A stretch of DNA of 44,262 nt from Pseudonocardiaceae bacterium (GTDB lineage Bacteria; Actinomycetota; Actinomycetes; Mycobacteriales; Pseudonocardiaceae): positions 1 through 44,262 of the forward strand of contig DASQVB010000492.1 of the NCBI GenBank assembly GCA_035640975.1, in the 5' to 3' direction. Shown here in pieces: positions 14,765 to 21,207 of this stretch (position 1 is the stretch's first letter; the number at the start of each line of letters is the position of its first letter). The position numbers were made by a program, and so were the translations under genes. The notes beneath the pieces were generated by a model. The model was not told the DNA's origin. It saw only the letters and a program-made list of their open reading frames with translations, and ran no database searches.

Positions 14765-14971
14765 CTACCTCGTGGTGTGGTTGGTCTGATCGCGTGGCGG
14801 TTGCTTGGTGATGTGCCAGCCGCCGCAGTATTTGCACGGCCCGTAGATGCGAAGCGAGGCACGGCGGAGCTGCTCGCCGTTGATCCGCGCGTACTTGCGG
14901 GCCCTGGCAGCTGAGGGGTAACTGGTCTTGGATCGGGTGCCCTGAAGGTTGTAGCAGCGCGGGTAGCTCAT
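14765..14971 (-). CDS. small zinc-ribbon-like protein (68 aa)
   Basis: Trimmed to ATG 14971 (ATGA overlap with the upstream stop). C-terminal YGPCKYCGGWHITK motif. Confidence 0.5.
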   Translation of the reverse strand: MSYPRCYNLQGTRSKTSYPSAARARKYARINGEQLRRASLRIYGPCKYCGGWHITKQPPRDQTNHTTR

Positions 14972-15189
14972 GGCACCGGCTCCCATGATCCCACGGGCCG
15001 GCGCTCCAGCCACACTTCCTCGAAGAGTGGCTGGAGCCGATCGGCCTTGATCTGTGCTTCCTTGAGCGTCTGGTACGTCTCGTGGACCCACATGCTGCCG
15101 AGCCGGGTGCTGCCGTAGTCTGGCTCGGCCCGTTTGGACCAGCGGCCGCCGACGCGGTACTCGAAGAGCTCGGCTGATGACGGGTCCAT
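14968..15189 (-). CDS. hypothetical protein (73 aa)
   Basis: Track ORF, coupled to the downstream gene. Confidence 0.5.
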   Translation of the reverse strand: MDPSSAELFEYRVGGRWSKRAEPDYGSTRLGSMWVHETYQTLKEAQIKADRLQPLFEEVWLERRPVGSWEPVP

Positions 15190-15194
15190 GACCG

Positions 15195-15509
15195 TCAGGA
15201 CCAGTCGTCAGCGATCGTCTCGGGGATGACCTTCTTCTCGCGGGTCAGCACCTTGGCCTCGCTGGAGCGGACCACCAAAAACTGGCCGAACGACTCGTCG
15301 GCGGTGGGGTCCTTGACGGCCGCGACGACGGCGGCGCGACGGCTTGTGGCCTCAACGCCCTCGGCGACGAGCCGCCAAAGCGCGGCGTCGGCATCGTGCC
15401 GGCGGTACACGTCGTACGTGGCGGGGCCGCGCTGGCGGCCAGACTCGTCGCGCATGATGTCGGACTCGTCTGCGGCGATGTCCTGCGGGTCGGGCGATGC
15501 GGTGCTCAT
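15195..15509 (-). CDS. hypothetical protein (104 aa)
   Basis: SD GAAAGGACCAC upstream of ATG 15509. The same SD string recurs at 23881 and 26333. Confidence 0.55.
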   Translation of the reverse strand: MSTASPDPQDIAADESDIMRDESGRQRGPATYDVYRRHDADAALWRLVAEGVEATSRRAAVVAAVKDPTADESFGQFLVVRSSEAKVLTREKKVIPETIADDWS

Positions 15510-15573
15510 GTGGTCCTTTCGTTGGTGGGTGGTACGGGTTCAAGCTGCTCCCTGAATGGCGAAGGCTCGTGGT

Positions 15574-15753
15574 TCATCGCACACGCTCCACGGGATCGGG
15601 GAGGCGCAGGAGCGCACGCATGTCGCGTACGCCCAGGTCCTCCTGCATCTCACGTAGATGCATGAGGAGGTAGCCCCAGGTCATCGGTCGACCACGGCTA
15701 CCCAGGCGGTAGACGAGCTGGTAGCGCGGCTCGAACTGCGGCGTGTGGCTCAT
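15574..15753 (-). CDS. hypothetical protein (59 aa)
   Basis: C-terminal part of track ORF 15574..16248. ATG 15753 overlaps the upstream stop (ATGA). Confidence 0.45.
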   Translation of the reverse strand: MSHTPQFEPRYQLVYRLGSRGRPMTWGYLLMHLREMQEDLGVRDMRALLRLPDPVERVR

Positions 15754-16112
15754 GGCTTCCTCTCGTGGCGGTTGGCCTTCTTCTCGATGAGCTCGTTCAA
15801 GCGCTCTTGGCGCTCGCGGTCCCAGTCGGCCTTGGTGCCGCCGGGTGGCTTGGGTGCGGGCGGCGGCACTGGCTCGGGCGCTCGAAGCGGAGTCGACCCA
15901 GCGCTGTCCTCTGACGACCCCGCTTCCAATGCCTGCTCCAGCTCCTGCACCTCGGCGATCACGCCACGCTGCCCATGGAGCTCCGGGTGGCTGAGCATGA
16001 ACTCGCACGCCAGGCTGACCCACTGGGAGAAGGACCGCGCGTCGTCGCCGGCCACCGCGGCGATTCGCTCGGGCAGATTGTGGGGTGTGAAATAGACAGA
16101 CTTGCGCGGCAT
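15750..16112 (-). CDS. ribbon-helix-helix-like DNA-binding protein (putative)
   Basis: The N-terminus MPRKSVYFTPHNLPERIAAVAG..SFSQWVSLACEFML resembles CopG/Arc-type RHH. A Pro/Ala-rich linker and basic tail follow. Confidence 0.4.
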   Translation of the reverse strand: MPRKSVYFTPHNLPERIAAVAGDDARSFSQWVSLACEFMLSHPELHGQRGVIAEVQELEQALEAGSSEDSAGSTPLRAPEPVPPPAPKPPGGTKADWDRERQERLNELIEKKANRHERKP

Positions 16113-16118
16113 CTGAAG

Positions 16119-16838
16119 TTACGAGGGGGCGGTCTGACCGTTGATCACCACGACGCGCTGATCCTCGCCGAGCGCGACCATCCGCCCGAGCAGATCCATC
16201 GCGGACCGCTTGACTTCGGTGCGTCCCGGCGTGAGCCTCTCGACCCACAGTGCATCGAGGCGTTCGATGTCATCCCACTTGGCATCGGCAGCGGTAGCGG
16301 CGTCTACGGCAGCGGCGGCGGCGTCTACGGCGGTAGCGGCGTCTACGGCGTCTACGGCGGCGATGGCTACGGTGTCGGCGGGCTTAACCTTCAAAGTCTC
16401 CACAACGGCTGCGCGCACCCGTCCAGTACGAGCGGACGCCGGGTCGGTGATCTCCGGGAGCGCCCGCATCTCTGCGGCGGCGTCCTGTGCGCCCGCGATC
16501 TCAAGCCACGTCGGGAGGGCGACACGGACCGTCCAATCCGTCGCCATATATCCGCGGGCCTGCTGGTAGCCGTCGCCAGCGGTACCGATGATGCGCGACA
16601 GAAACGGCTTGAGTGCTTCGCGGCCCTCCGAATCCGTCAGGTCGTTGTAGCGCCGCAAGAACGCGGCAAGCACGGGACAGAAACAGACCGGGCGGTCAGA
16701 CCAGGGCTCGCCGGCGACGTAGGACGCGAGCTCCATGATGCACGCGCCATCTTCTAGGTCATCGTGAGGCCCAGCCTTGAGCTCGATGGAGAGGGCCTCG
16801 TCGAGGCGGTTACGGCTGATGTGGATGGTTTTGGTCAT
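16119..16838 (-). CDS. hypothetical protein (239 aa) with internal Ala/Val/Asp repeat
   Basis: Track ORF with a conserved-looking ACIMELASYVAGEPWSDRPVCFCPVL segment. Function unknown. Confidence 0.6.
   Translation of the reverse strand: MTKTIHISRNRLDEALSIELKAGPHDDLEDGACIMELASYVAGEPWSDRPVCFCPVLAAFLRRYNDLTDSEGREALKPFLSRIIGTAGDGYQQARGYMATDWTVRVALPTWLEIAGAQDAAAEMRALPEITDPASARTGRVRAAVVETLKVKPADTVAIAAVDAVDAATAVDAAAAAVDAATAADAKWDDIERLDALWVERLTPGRTEVKRSAMDLLGRMVALGEDQRVVVINGQTAPS
16290..16378 (-). repeat. imperfect tandem repeat, four copies of GCGTCTACGGC (codes A-V-D/A-T-A repeats)
   Basis: GGCGTCTACGGC at 16299, 16320 and 16338, plus an overlapping copy at 16348. Read directly. Confidence 0.8.
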
Positions 16839-16860
16839 GCGGTTGCGTCCCGTTCGCGGC

Positions 16861-17298
16861 TCATCGGATCTCCTCTCGGCACGTCTCGCGAAGCAGCCAA
16901 CGAACCTCAGCCTCGCTATCTAGGATTCGTACCAGCGGATGGCTCCAGAAGACTGTCCAGCGCCACGGTGCGCAAATCCAGACCGGAACATCGTTGGCGA
17001 GTGCCACCCCAATCTCGATTAGCGCTCCGCACAGGGGCTCGTCTGCTATGACGACGATCAGCTCGGCGGCCGCACAGCCCGTGATGTCATCGCTGGCTAT
17101 GCGCGCCTGCCGGTCCGGTGGAATGCTCTGATCGTTTGTGCTAAGCGGGTGGCCATCCTCACAGAACCCCTCGTTGCGGGTCCAGTCGTGTGTGATCTCG
17201 TGGCCCGCGTCTCGGAGATCGTCTATCAGCGCGCGCACCCGTAGGTAGCGACCGACGCGTCCGGCGACGTAGATCCTCATCGCAGGGGCTCTCGACAT
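16861..17298 (-). CDS. nucleoside 2-deoxyribosyltransferase-like protein (putative)
   Basis: MRIYVAGRV... N-terminus and ..ELIVVIADEPLCGALIEIGVALANDVPVWI match the Rossmann-like (I/V)Y(L/V)AG ... G..(W/I)E(I/V)G.A pattern of that family. The start could instead be ATG 17280. Confidence 0.5.
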   Translation of the reverse strand: MSRAPAMRIYVAGRVGRYLRVRALIDDLRDAGHEITHDWTRNEGFCEDGHPLSTNDQSIPPDRQARIASDDITGCAAAELIVVIADEPLCGALIEIGVALANDVPVWICAPWRWTVFWSHPLVRILDSEAEVRWLLRETCREEIR

Positions 17299-17305
17299 GT
17301 CTCGC

Positions 17306-17680
17306 TCATGCCGGCCTCACGATCCCGGCCTCAACGAACCGGGCGCGAAGCCGCGCGACCCGCGCGAGCACGTCATCGTCGACCTCGTCACTGCCGATCT
17401 GGCCGAGCGGGTCGCGGGCGTCGAAGTAGTCCGTCACGCGCGGGATCGCATCGGGGATCCGCCGCTCATGTCCTGTGGTCGTCGCCAATTCAGTACCGAC
17501 GGCCAGGTGCACGGCCCGGTAGCAGTTGAGCGCACTCAAGCAGCCATGGGGGTAGCCTGGACGGGCCCCATCGAAGTTCAGCTCACCGAGCTCAAGCGGC
17601 TCAAGGCCGAGATCCATGCGCTCGGCGTTCAAGGCGTCGAAGAACTCGTGGCACTCCTGGATCGAGGGTAGGGTCGTCAT
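17306..17680 (-). CDS. hypothetical protein (124 aa)
   Basis: Track ORF with an ATGA overlap upstream. Confidence 0.55.
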   Translation of the reverse strand: MTTLPSIQECHEFFDALNAERMDLGLEPLELGELNFDGARPGYPHGCLSALNCYRAVHLAVGTELATTTGHERRIPDAIPRVTDYFDARDPLGQIGSDEVDDDVLARVARLRARFVEAGIVRPA

Positions 17681-18084
17681 GATGTCCTCAGGATTTCGGC
17701 CGCGCCTTCCGCGAGGCGTGCGCCGAGTACGCCTCGCTCACCGCTGCATTCATGCAGGTTGTCGACGGCGTCCTTGACGTAGCCACAAACCACGCAGTAG
17801 CGGTCTTCGCCGTCGAACGTCCACCTGTGTTGCAACGGGGCCGAGTCGGCCCGCTCCACCCCGCACCGCTTCTGTCGTAGCTCCGCTACACGCCGCCGAA
17901 CCGCTCCCACCACCACGCCCGCGTTGACGTGTGCACCCGCGAAGTCCCGCGACACCTCGCGTAGCTCCGCGTCGATCTCGGCGAGAAGATCGCGTCGAGC
18001 CTGCTGCTGCCACTCGACCTTGAGCACGCCCAGGCGGCGGCGCGCCTCGTCGATGGTGAGCCCTGCGTTCGGCTCGGCACTCAT
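17677..18084 (-). CDS. hypothetical protein (135 aa), Cys cluster in the C-half
   Basis: Trimmed to ATG 18084 (ATGA overlap). Contains RYCVVCGY..HEC. Confidence 0.5.
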   Translation of the reverse strand: MSAEPNAGLTIDEARRRLGVLKVEWQQQARRDLLAEIDAELREVSRDFAGAHVNAGVVVGAVRRRVAELRQKRCGVERADSAPLQHRWTFDGEDRYCVVCGYVKDAVDNLHECSGERGVLGARLAEGAAEILRTS

Positions 18085-18383
18085 GCTCTTGCCTCCTCGC
18101 GTTCGTGGACCCAATAGGGAGCGCCATCCTCGCCAGGACCGCATTCGATCCATGGCCAGCCGTCGTAAGGCTCCTCGATGCCATCAGCCTCACACTCGTC
18201 TGCGTACTCCTGGTGGTAGCGGTAGGCGCCACGGCGAACCTTCGTCTCCGTGAAAGAATCGCCCGACTGCGATGCGAAGAACGCACGCGCTTTGCCTCGC
18301 GTGTCCTCGGGACCGTCGATGCGAAGAGCCATGATGTGGCCGTCTTCGTTGTGTAGCTCGCCGGGTGGTATCTGCTCGCTCAT
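18081..18383 (-). CDS. hypothetical acidic protein (100 aa), leaderless start
   Basis: ATG 18383 lies 7 nt downstream of a TACAAT -10. Confidence 0.6.
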   Translation of the reverse strand: MSEQIPPGELHNEDGHIMALRIDGPEDTRGKARAFFASQSGDSFTETKVRRGAYRYHQEYADECEADGIEEPYDGWPWIECGPGEDGAPYWVHEREEARA

Positions 18384-18390
18384 GCCCCAG

Positions 18391-18420
18391 ATTGTAGCAC
18401 AAGGTAGGAGAAGGTGTCAC
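18391..18420 (-). promoter_or_regulatory. promoter: GTGACA-N18-(TGC)TACAAT, 7 nt before ATG 18383
   Basis: Plus strand reads ATTGTA at 18391..18396 and TGTCAC at 18415..18420. Confidence 0.55.
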
Positions 18421-18441
18421 ACCCGTTGGGTGGGAAATCTC

Positions 18442-18498
18442 GGGGAGGGACCCCTAAAAGTTCACGCGCACGAGCTCGGCCACTCCACTCCCCTCCCC
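18442..18498. repeat. 8-bp inverted repeat GGGGAGGG / CCCTCCCC with a 41-nt spacer, upstream of the 18391 promoter
   Basis: Arms at 18442..18449 and 18491..18498. Same G-run/C-run flavour as the 17-bp inverted repeat at 11293. Confidence 0.6.
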
Positions 18499-18966
18499 CT
18501 TAAGCACCGCCGGCCAGGGTCACGCGAGAGCCATGGGATGGGCACGGGGAACGCGACAGCCCGAGCACAGCACCCCATCCTGCGTCTCGACCACAGCTCG
18601 CGAGGAGGGGGAACATAGTGTGGCTCGTGGCCCTTGTGCGGTGAGTGATGCCGTGCCGAAACCCCAGCATGGGACAGGCGGATGCGACCCTCGTGCGCGG
18701 GCGCGACGCCATACCCGGAGAGGTTCCGGTCGTCGGTCGCGTGCGATGACGCCTCATTATGCGCCATCGTTTCGTGTCTCGTTCCGCGTTAGTCGGCGGT
18801 TCGGGCTGTGGTTCGTTCTTGGGTCGTGGGCTCCGTGAGGGCGAAGCGTCTGCGAAGGGCTTGGGTCTCGTTGTCTCTCATTGCCTTGTCTTTCAGGAGG
18901 GCTTCATGGCCACGGGTTTGTGTCTGGGCCACGGGGCCACGTCCTGACCTTTAGACCAGTATGGGC

Positions 18967-18995
18967 TTGACAGACGCACAAGACCATGAGAGGAT
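18967..18995 (+). promoter_or_regulatory. promoter P1: TTGACA-N17-(TGA)GAGGAT, 6 nt before ATG 19002
   Basis: Read directly. Part of a roughly 85-bp cassette repeated at 19341..19424. Confidence 0.6.
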
Positions 18996-19001
18996 GCTCG
19001 C

Positions 19002-19277
19002 ATGACCAACGACTCAACCGCCACCGCCACGAGCGACACCTACGTGCAGAAGGCCAACGAGCGCCGCGCCGCCCGGCGCGGCTACCTTGTGTTTGCTACC
19101 GACCCCTCTCGAAGCCCTGACGAGCCCGGATATCGCGAGGTGTTCGCGACCGAGGCCAAGACACCGGCCCGAGCGGCTGCCAAGGTCCGCCCACTCGCCG
19201 CTGGTCGGCGGCTGCGCACCTACCTGGCCACCGGCACCTACCGCAACGAGCTCGCCGAAGCTCGCTGGGTCGCGTAG
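19002..19277 (+). CDS. hypothetical protein (91 aa), leaderless
   Basis: Track ORF beginning MTNDSTATATSD... Confidence 0.6.
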   Translation: MTNDSTATATSDTYVQKANERRAARRGYLVFATDPSRSPDEPGYREVFATEAKTPARAAAKVRPLAAGRRLRTYLATGTYRNELAEARWVA

Positions 19278-19310
19278 CTTTTGGCCCTAGCCTTCGAGTC
19301 ACGGGGAACG

Positions 19311-19338
19311 CGAAGGGCTGCCACTGTGCAGCCTTTCG
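19311..19338 (+). terminator. intrinsic terminator T1
   Basis: 11-bp stem (one G-U pair) CGAAGGGCTGC / GCAGCCTTTCG, loop CACTGT, tail TCGTTTGTGTCT. Confidence 0.6.
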
Positions 19339-19386
19339 TCGTTTGTGTCTGAGGCCGTATCCTCCTGACCTTTCGACCAGTGTGGC

Positions 19387-19415
19387 TTGACAAGCGCACA
19401 AGGGCATGAGAGGCT
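19387..19415 (+). promoter_or_regulatory. promoter P2: TTGACA-N17-(TGA)GAGGCT
   Basis: Near-identical to P1; 6 nt before ATG 19422. Confidence 0.6.
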
Positions 19416-19421
19416 ATGGCC

Positions 19422-19466
19422 ATGAACCGCCACTACTGTGATGAAACCACGAGCAGGGGGGCGTAA
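19422..19466 (+). CDS. leaderless mini-ORF (14 aa, MNRHYCDETTSRGA) coupled to the next gene
   Basis: The ATG sits at the leaderless position of P2. Its TAA overlaps ATG 19466 (TAATG) and its last codons contain the SD-like AGGGGGG. Confidence 0.3.
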   Translation: MNRHYCDETTSRGA

Positions 19467-19717
19467 TGCCCGGCATCGAGCGTAGTTTCGCCGTCGTGCT
19501 GACCGAGGAGGCCGTGCCCGACTATTGGTGGAGTTACGACTGTGCCATTCACGCTACGGGGTGCGGCGAGGTCGCGAAGGCACGGCGTGGCTACTGCACG
19601 GTGTACCACCATCGCGCCGCCGACTTGGAGGCGCTTGCGACACAGTTGCGTGCCGATCTGACTGAGGAGCGTGGGGGCGAAGATGTGAGCGTCGTCGTTA
19701 TGCCCTGCGCTCGATAA
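19466..19717 (+). CDS. hypothetical protein (83 aa)
   Basis: Track ORF. Confidence 0.55.
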   Translation: MPGIERSFAVVLTEEAVPDYWWSYDCAIHATGCGEVAKARRGYCTVYHHRAADLEALATQLRADLTEERGGEDVSVVVMPCAR

Positions 19718-19750
19718 CGGATGTGACCATAAGCTTCAAAGCCACGGGGA

Positions 19751-19786
19751 ACGACGAGGGGCTGCCACTGTGCAGCCCTTCGTCGT
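19751..19786 (+). terminator. intrinsic terminator T2 (repeat of T1)
   Basis: 15-bp stem ACGACGAGGGGCTGC / GCAGCCCTTCGTCGT with the same CACTGT loop. Shares CACGGGGAACG..GGGCTGCCACTGTGCAGCC..TTCGTCGT with T1. Confidence 0.6.
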
Positions 19787-19861
19787 GTTCGAGCAACTGC
19801 ACGGCGGACCCCTGACCTGGTTCGCACGCCGCGACCTCGGAGGAATCGCCGATCGGTGTCG

Positions 19862-19867
19862 TAGGCT
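19862..19867 (+). promoter_or_regulatory. -10-like TAGGCT, 7 nt before ATG 19875 (no recognisable -35)
   Basis: Same spacing logic as P0-P3. The upstream CCTGACCT box is retained (19811). Confidence 0.3.
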
Positions 19868-19874
19868 GAGAGCC

Positions 19875-20120
19875 ATGACACCTAACTTCATGGGAAGCGA
19901 ACTTGTCGATGAGCCCGCGCAGATCCGCGTGCTGCCCGTCGATGAGCAGGCCAAGATGCTTGAGGCGCGCTACCAAGAGGCGCAGGACCATTGTGCGGAG
20001 GGCGAACGCCTGATGCGCGAGTGGCGCCCGGTGATGGTTTCGTGCCGTGCTGGTCTGGAAGCTCTCAACGAGGCGCGGGAAAGCGACGCGACACGCGCGG
20101 GCCTGACCTCACCGCAGTAA
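19875..20120 (+). CDS. hypothetical protein (81 aa)
   Basis: Track ORF 19770..20120 trimmed to ATG 19875, because the upstream part overlaps terminator T2. Confidence 0.5.
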   Translation: MTPNFMGSELVDEPAQIRVLPVDEQAKMLEARYQEAQDHCAEGERLMREWRPVMVSCRAGLEALNEARESDATRAGLTSPQ

Positions 20121-20131
20121 CGAAGGGGCCG

Positions 20132-20137
20132 TATCCT
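20132..20137 (+). promoter_or_regulatory. -10-like TATCCT, 6 nt before ATG 20144
   Basis: Fits TANNNT. GGCCGTATCCTCC also occurs at 19352. Confidence 0.3.
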
Positions 20138-20143
20138 CCCGCC

Positions 20144-20683
20144 ATGGCCACGGACGAGATTGCCACTGCCGCTAAGGTTCCGGGCGATCGTAGGCACTAC
20201 CTGCCGCATGAACTGGAGGCCGGCCTTCAGGCGCTCGTGATGTGTGGCGGCTCGTCACACAAGGCCTGTCAGCTCACCGGCATTCCTAAGTCGACGTTCG
20301 CCACGTGGCGTCATCAGCACCGCGACCGCATCGAGGAGATTCGCCGCGAGCGCGGCCCTGAGCTGGAGCAATTGGCGATCAACGGCCTGCGCTCGTTCGT
20401 AGTGGCCGCGGAGGAGGTCAAGGAGCTGGCGCTGGAGGCGACGCGCAAGGACCTGGAGCGGGGCACGTGCCGCGATCCTGGCCGTGCGCTGTCGTACATC
20501 TCGGTGGCCCAGGGGATCAGTGTCCAGCGGTCGCTGGAGCTGGACGGGCGGCCGCAGGGCGTCAAGCCCGGGGAAGCCTCGGTGCCGGAGTTGATGGCGC
20601 AGTTGCACAAGCTGTTCGATCAGCCGGCGCCCGTGGACGCCACGGTGGTCGAGCCCGAGCAGTTGCCCGAATCCAGTACTTGA
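20144..20683 (+). CDS. HTH-domain protein (regulator or small-terminase-like, unresolved)
   Basis: Trimmed to ATG 20144; 179 aa. SHKACQLTGIPKSTFATWRHQH is an HTH, followed by a helical region. Confidence 0.45.
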   Translation: MATDEIATAAKVPGDRRHYLPHELEAGLQALVMCGGSSHKACQLTGIPKSTFATWRHQHRDRIEEIRRERGPELEQLAINGLRSFVVAAEEVKELALEATRKDLERGTCRDPGRALSYISVAQGISVQRSLELDGRPQGVKPGEASVPELMAQLHKLFDQPAPVDATVVEPEQLPESST

Positions 20684-20708
20684 CAAGCGGGCAACCCGTC
20701 TGTAGGTT
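20680..20708 (+). promoter_or_regulatory. promoter P3: TTGACA-N17-TAGGTT, 6 nt before ATG 20715
   Basis: The -35 overlaps the TGA stop of the upstream gene. Confidence 0.55.
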
Positions 20709-20714
20709 GCGGCC

Positions 20715-20753
20715 ATGAACTCAACCGCCACCCGTAAGGAAGTGACAGCATGA
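20715..20753 (+). CDS. leaderless mini-ORF (12 aa, MNSTATRKEVTA) coupled to the next gene
   Basis: The TGA overlaps ATG 20750 (ATGA). The mini-ORF contains the SD AAGGAAG for the downstream gene. Confidence 0.3.
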   Translation: MNSTATRKEVTA

Positions 20754-21058
20754 GCAACGCGACGATTCCGAGGGCGAAGCTGGTGGACGCGATCGAGGCT
20801 GGCATCGCCAGGGCCAGGCACCTGGCCGGCGAGGGCAGCGGCCCGACCGACGAGGATTGCGCCAAGTTGCGCAGGGTCGGTCGTGAGGCCAAGGTGGTCG
20901 CGACAGGCTCGTACACGACCGGGGCTGGTTGCCCCATCGTGCGGGCGTTCCGAGCGAGCTGGTACGGGCTGTCGTGGGATGGCTATTTCATCGTCGCCTA
21001 CGACGCGCAACTGCGCGGCGTAGTGCCGGGCCGCGGCGAGTACACCGTCGTCGACTAG
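20750..21058 (+). CDS. hypothetical protein (102 aa)
   Basis: Track ORF. Confidence 0.6.
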   Translation: MSNATIPRAKLVDAIEAGIARARHLAGEGSGPTDEDCAKLRRVGREAKVVATGSYTTGAGCPIVRAFRASWYGLSWDGYFIVAYDAQLRGVVPGRGEYTVVD

Positions 21059-21108
21059 ATACGGGCAGCATCGCGCACGTCTAGCCCTCAACTTTCATCG
21101 CAGCATCC

Positions 21109-21140
21109 GAGCCCCGCCAGCGAGCGGGGCTCAGTCGTTC
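21109..21140 (+). terminator. intrinsic terminator T3
   Basis: 9-bp stem GAGCCCCGC / GCGGGGCTC, loop CAGCGA, tail AGTCGTTC running into the -35 of P4. Confidence 0.55.
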
Positions 21141-21170
21141 TTGACAGGCGCACAACCTGGGTGGTATTGT
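21141..21170 (+). promoter_or_regulatory. promoter P4: TTGACA-N18-(TGG)TATTGT
   Basis: Read directly. Followed by a roughly 35-nt leader with SD GAAGGGA before ATG 21208. Confidence 0.5.
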
Positions 21171-21207
21171 CAGGTTGTCAACTGCCATCGAAGGGAAACG
21201 CCGCGTA

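Noticed and set aside
16290-16378. Short tandem repeats, considered as a CRISPR array. The same question was asked of the collagen-coding repeats at 5207..5329 and 31390..31488.
   Set aside because: The units are 9-11 nt, contiguous, in frame and inside ORFs. There are no 25-40-nt repeats separated by unique spacers and no cas genes other than a phage-type Cas4/RecB nuclease.
18462-18838. ORFs 18462..18767 (-), 18500..18757 (-) and 18533..18838 (+), considered as a possible repressor gene in the divergent intergenic region.
   Set aside because: The products are His/Arg/Ser/Pro-rich with no HTH pattern, no SD and no leaderless promoter geometry. They are kept only as part of a non-coding-region finding.
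20144-20683. The 179-aa HTH protein, considered as the missing small terminase subunit.
   Set aside because: The architecture (N-terminal HTH plus helical region) is compatible. However, the gene sits in the opposite-strand cassette region about 11 kb from TerL with its own promoter. It is left as unresolved rather than called TerS.
21175-21207. TTG at 21175 as the start of the 86-aa track ORF.
   Set aside because: It lies only 5 nt after the -10 hexamer of P4, so it is probably upstream of or at the transcription start. ATG 21208 has a proper SD (GAAGGGA).
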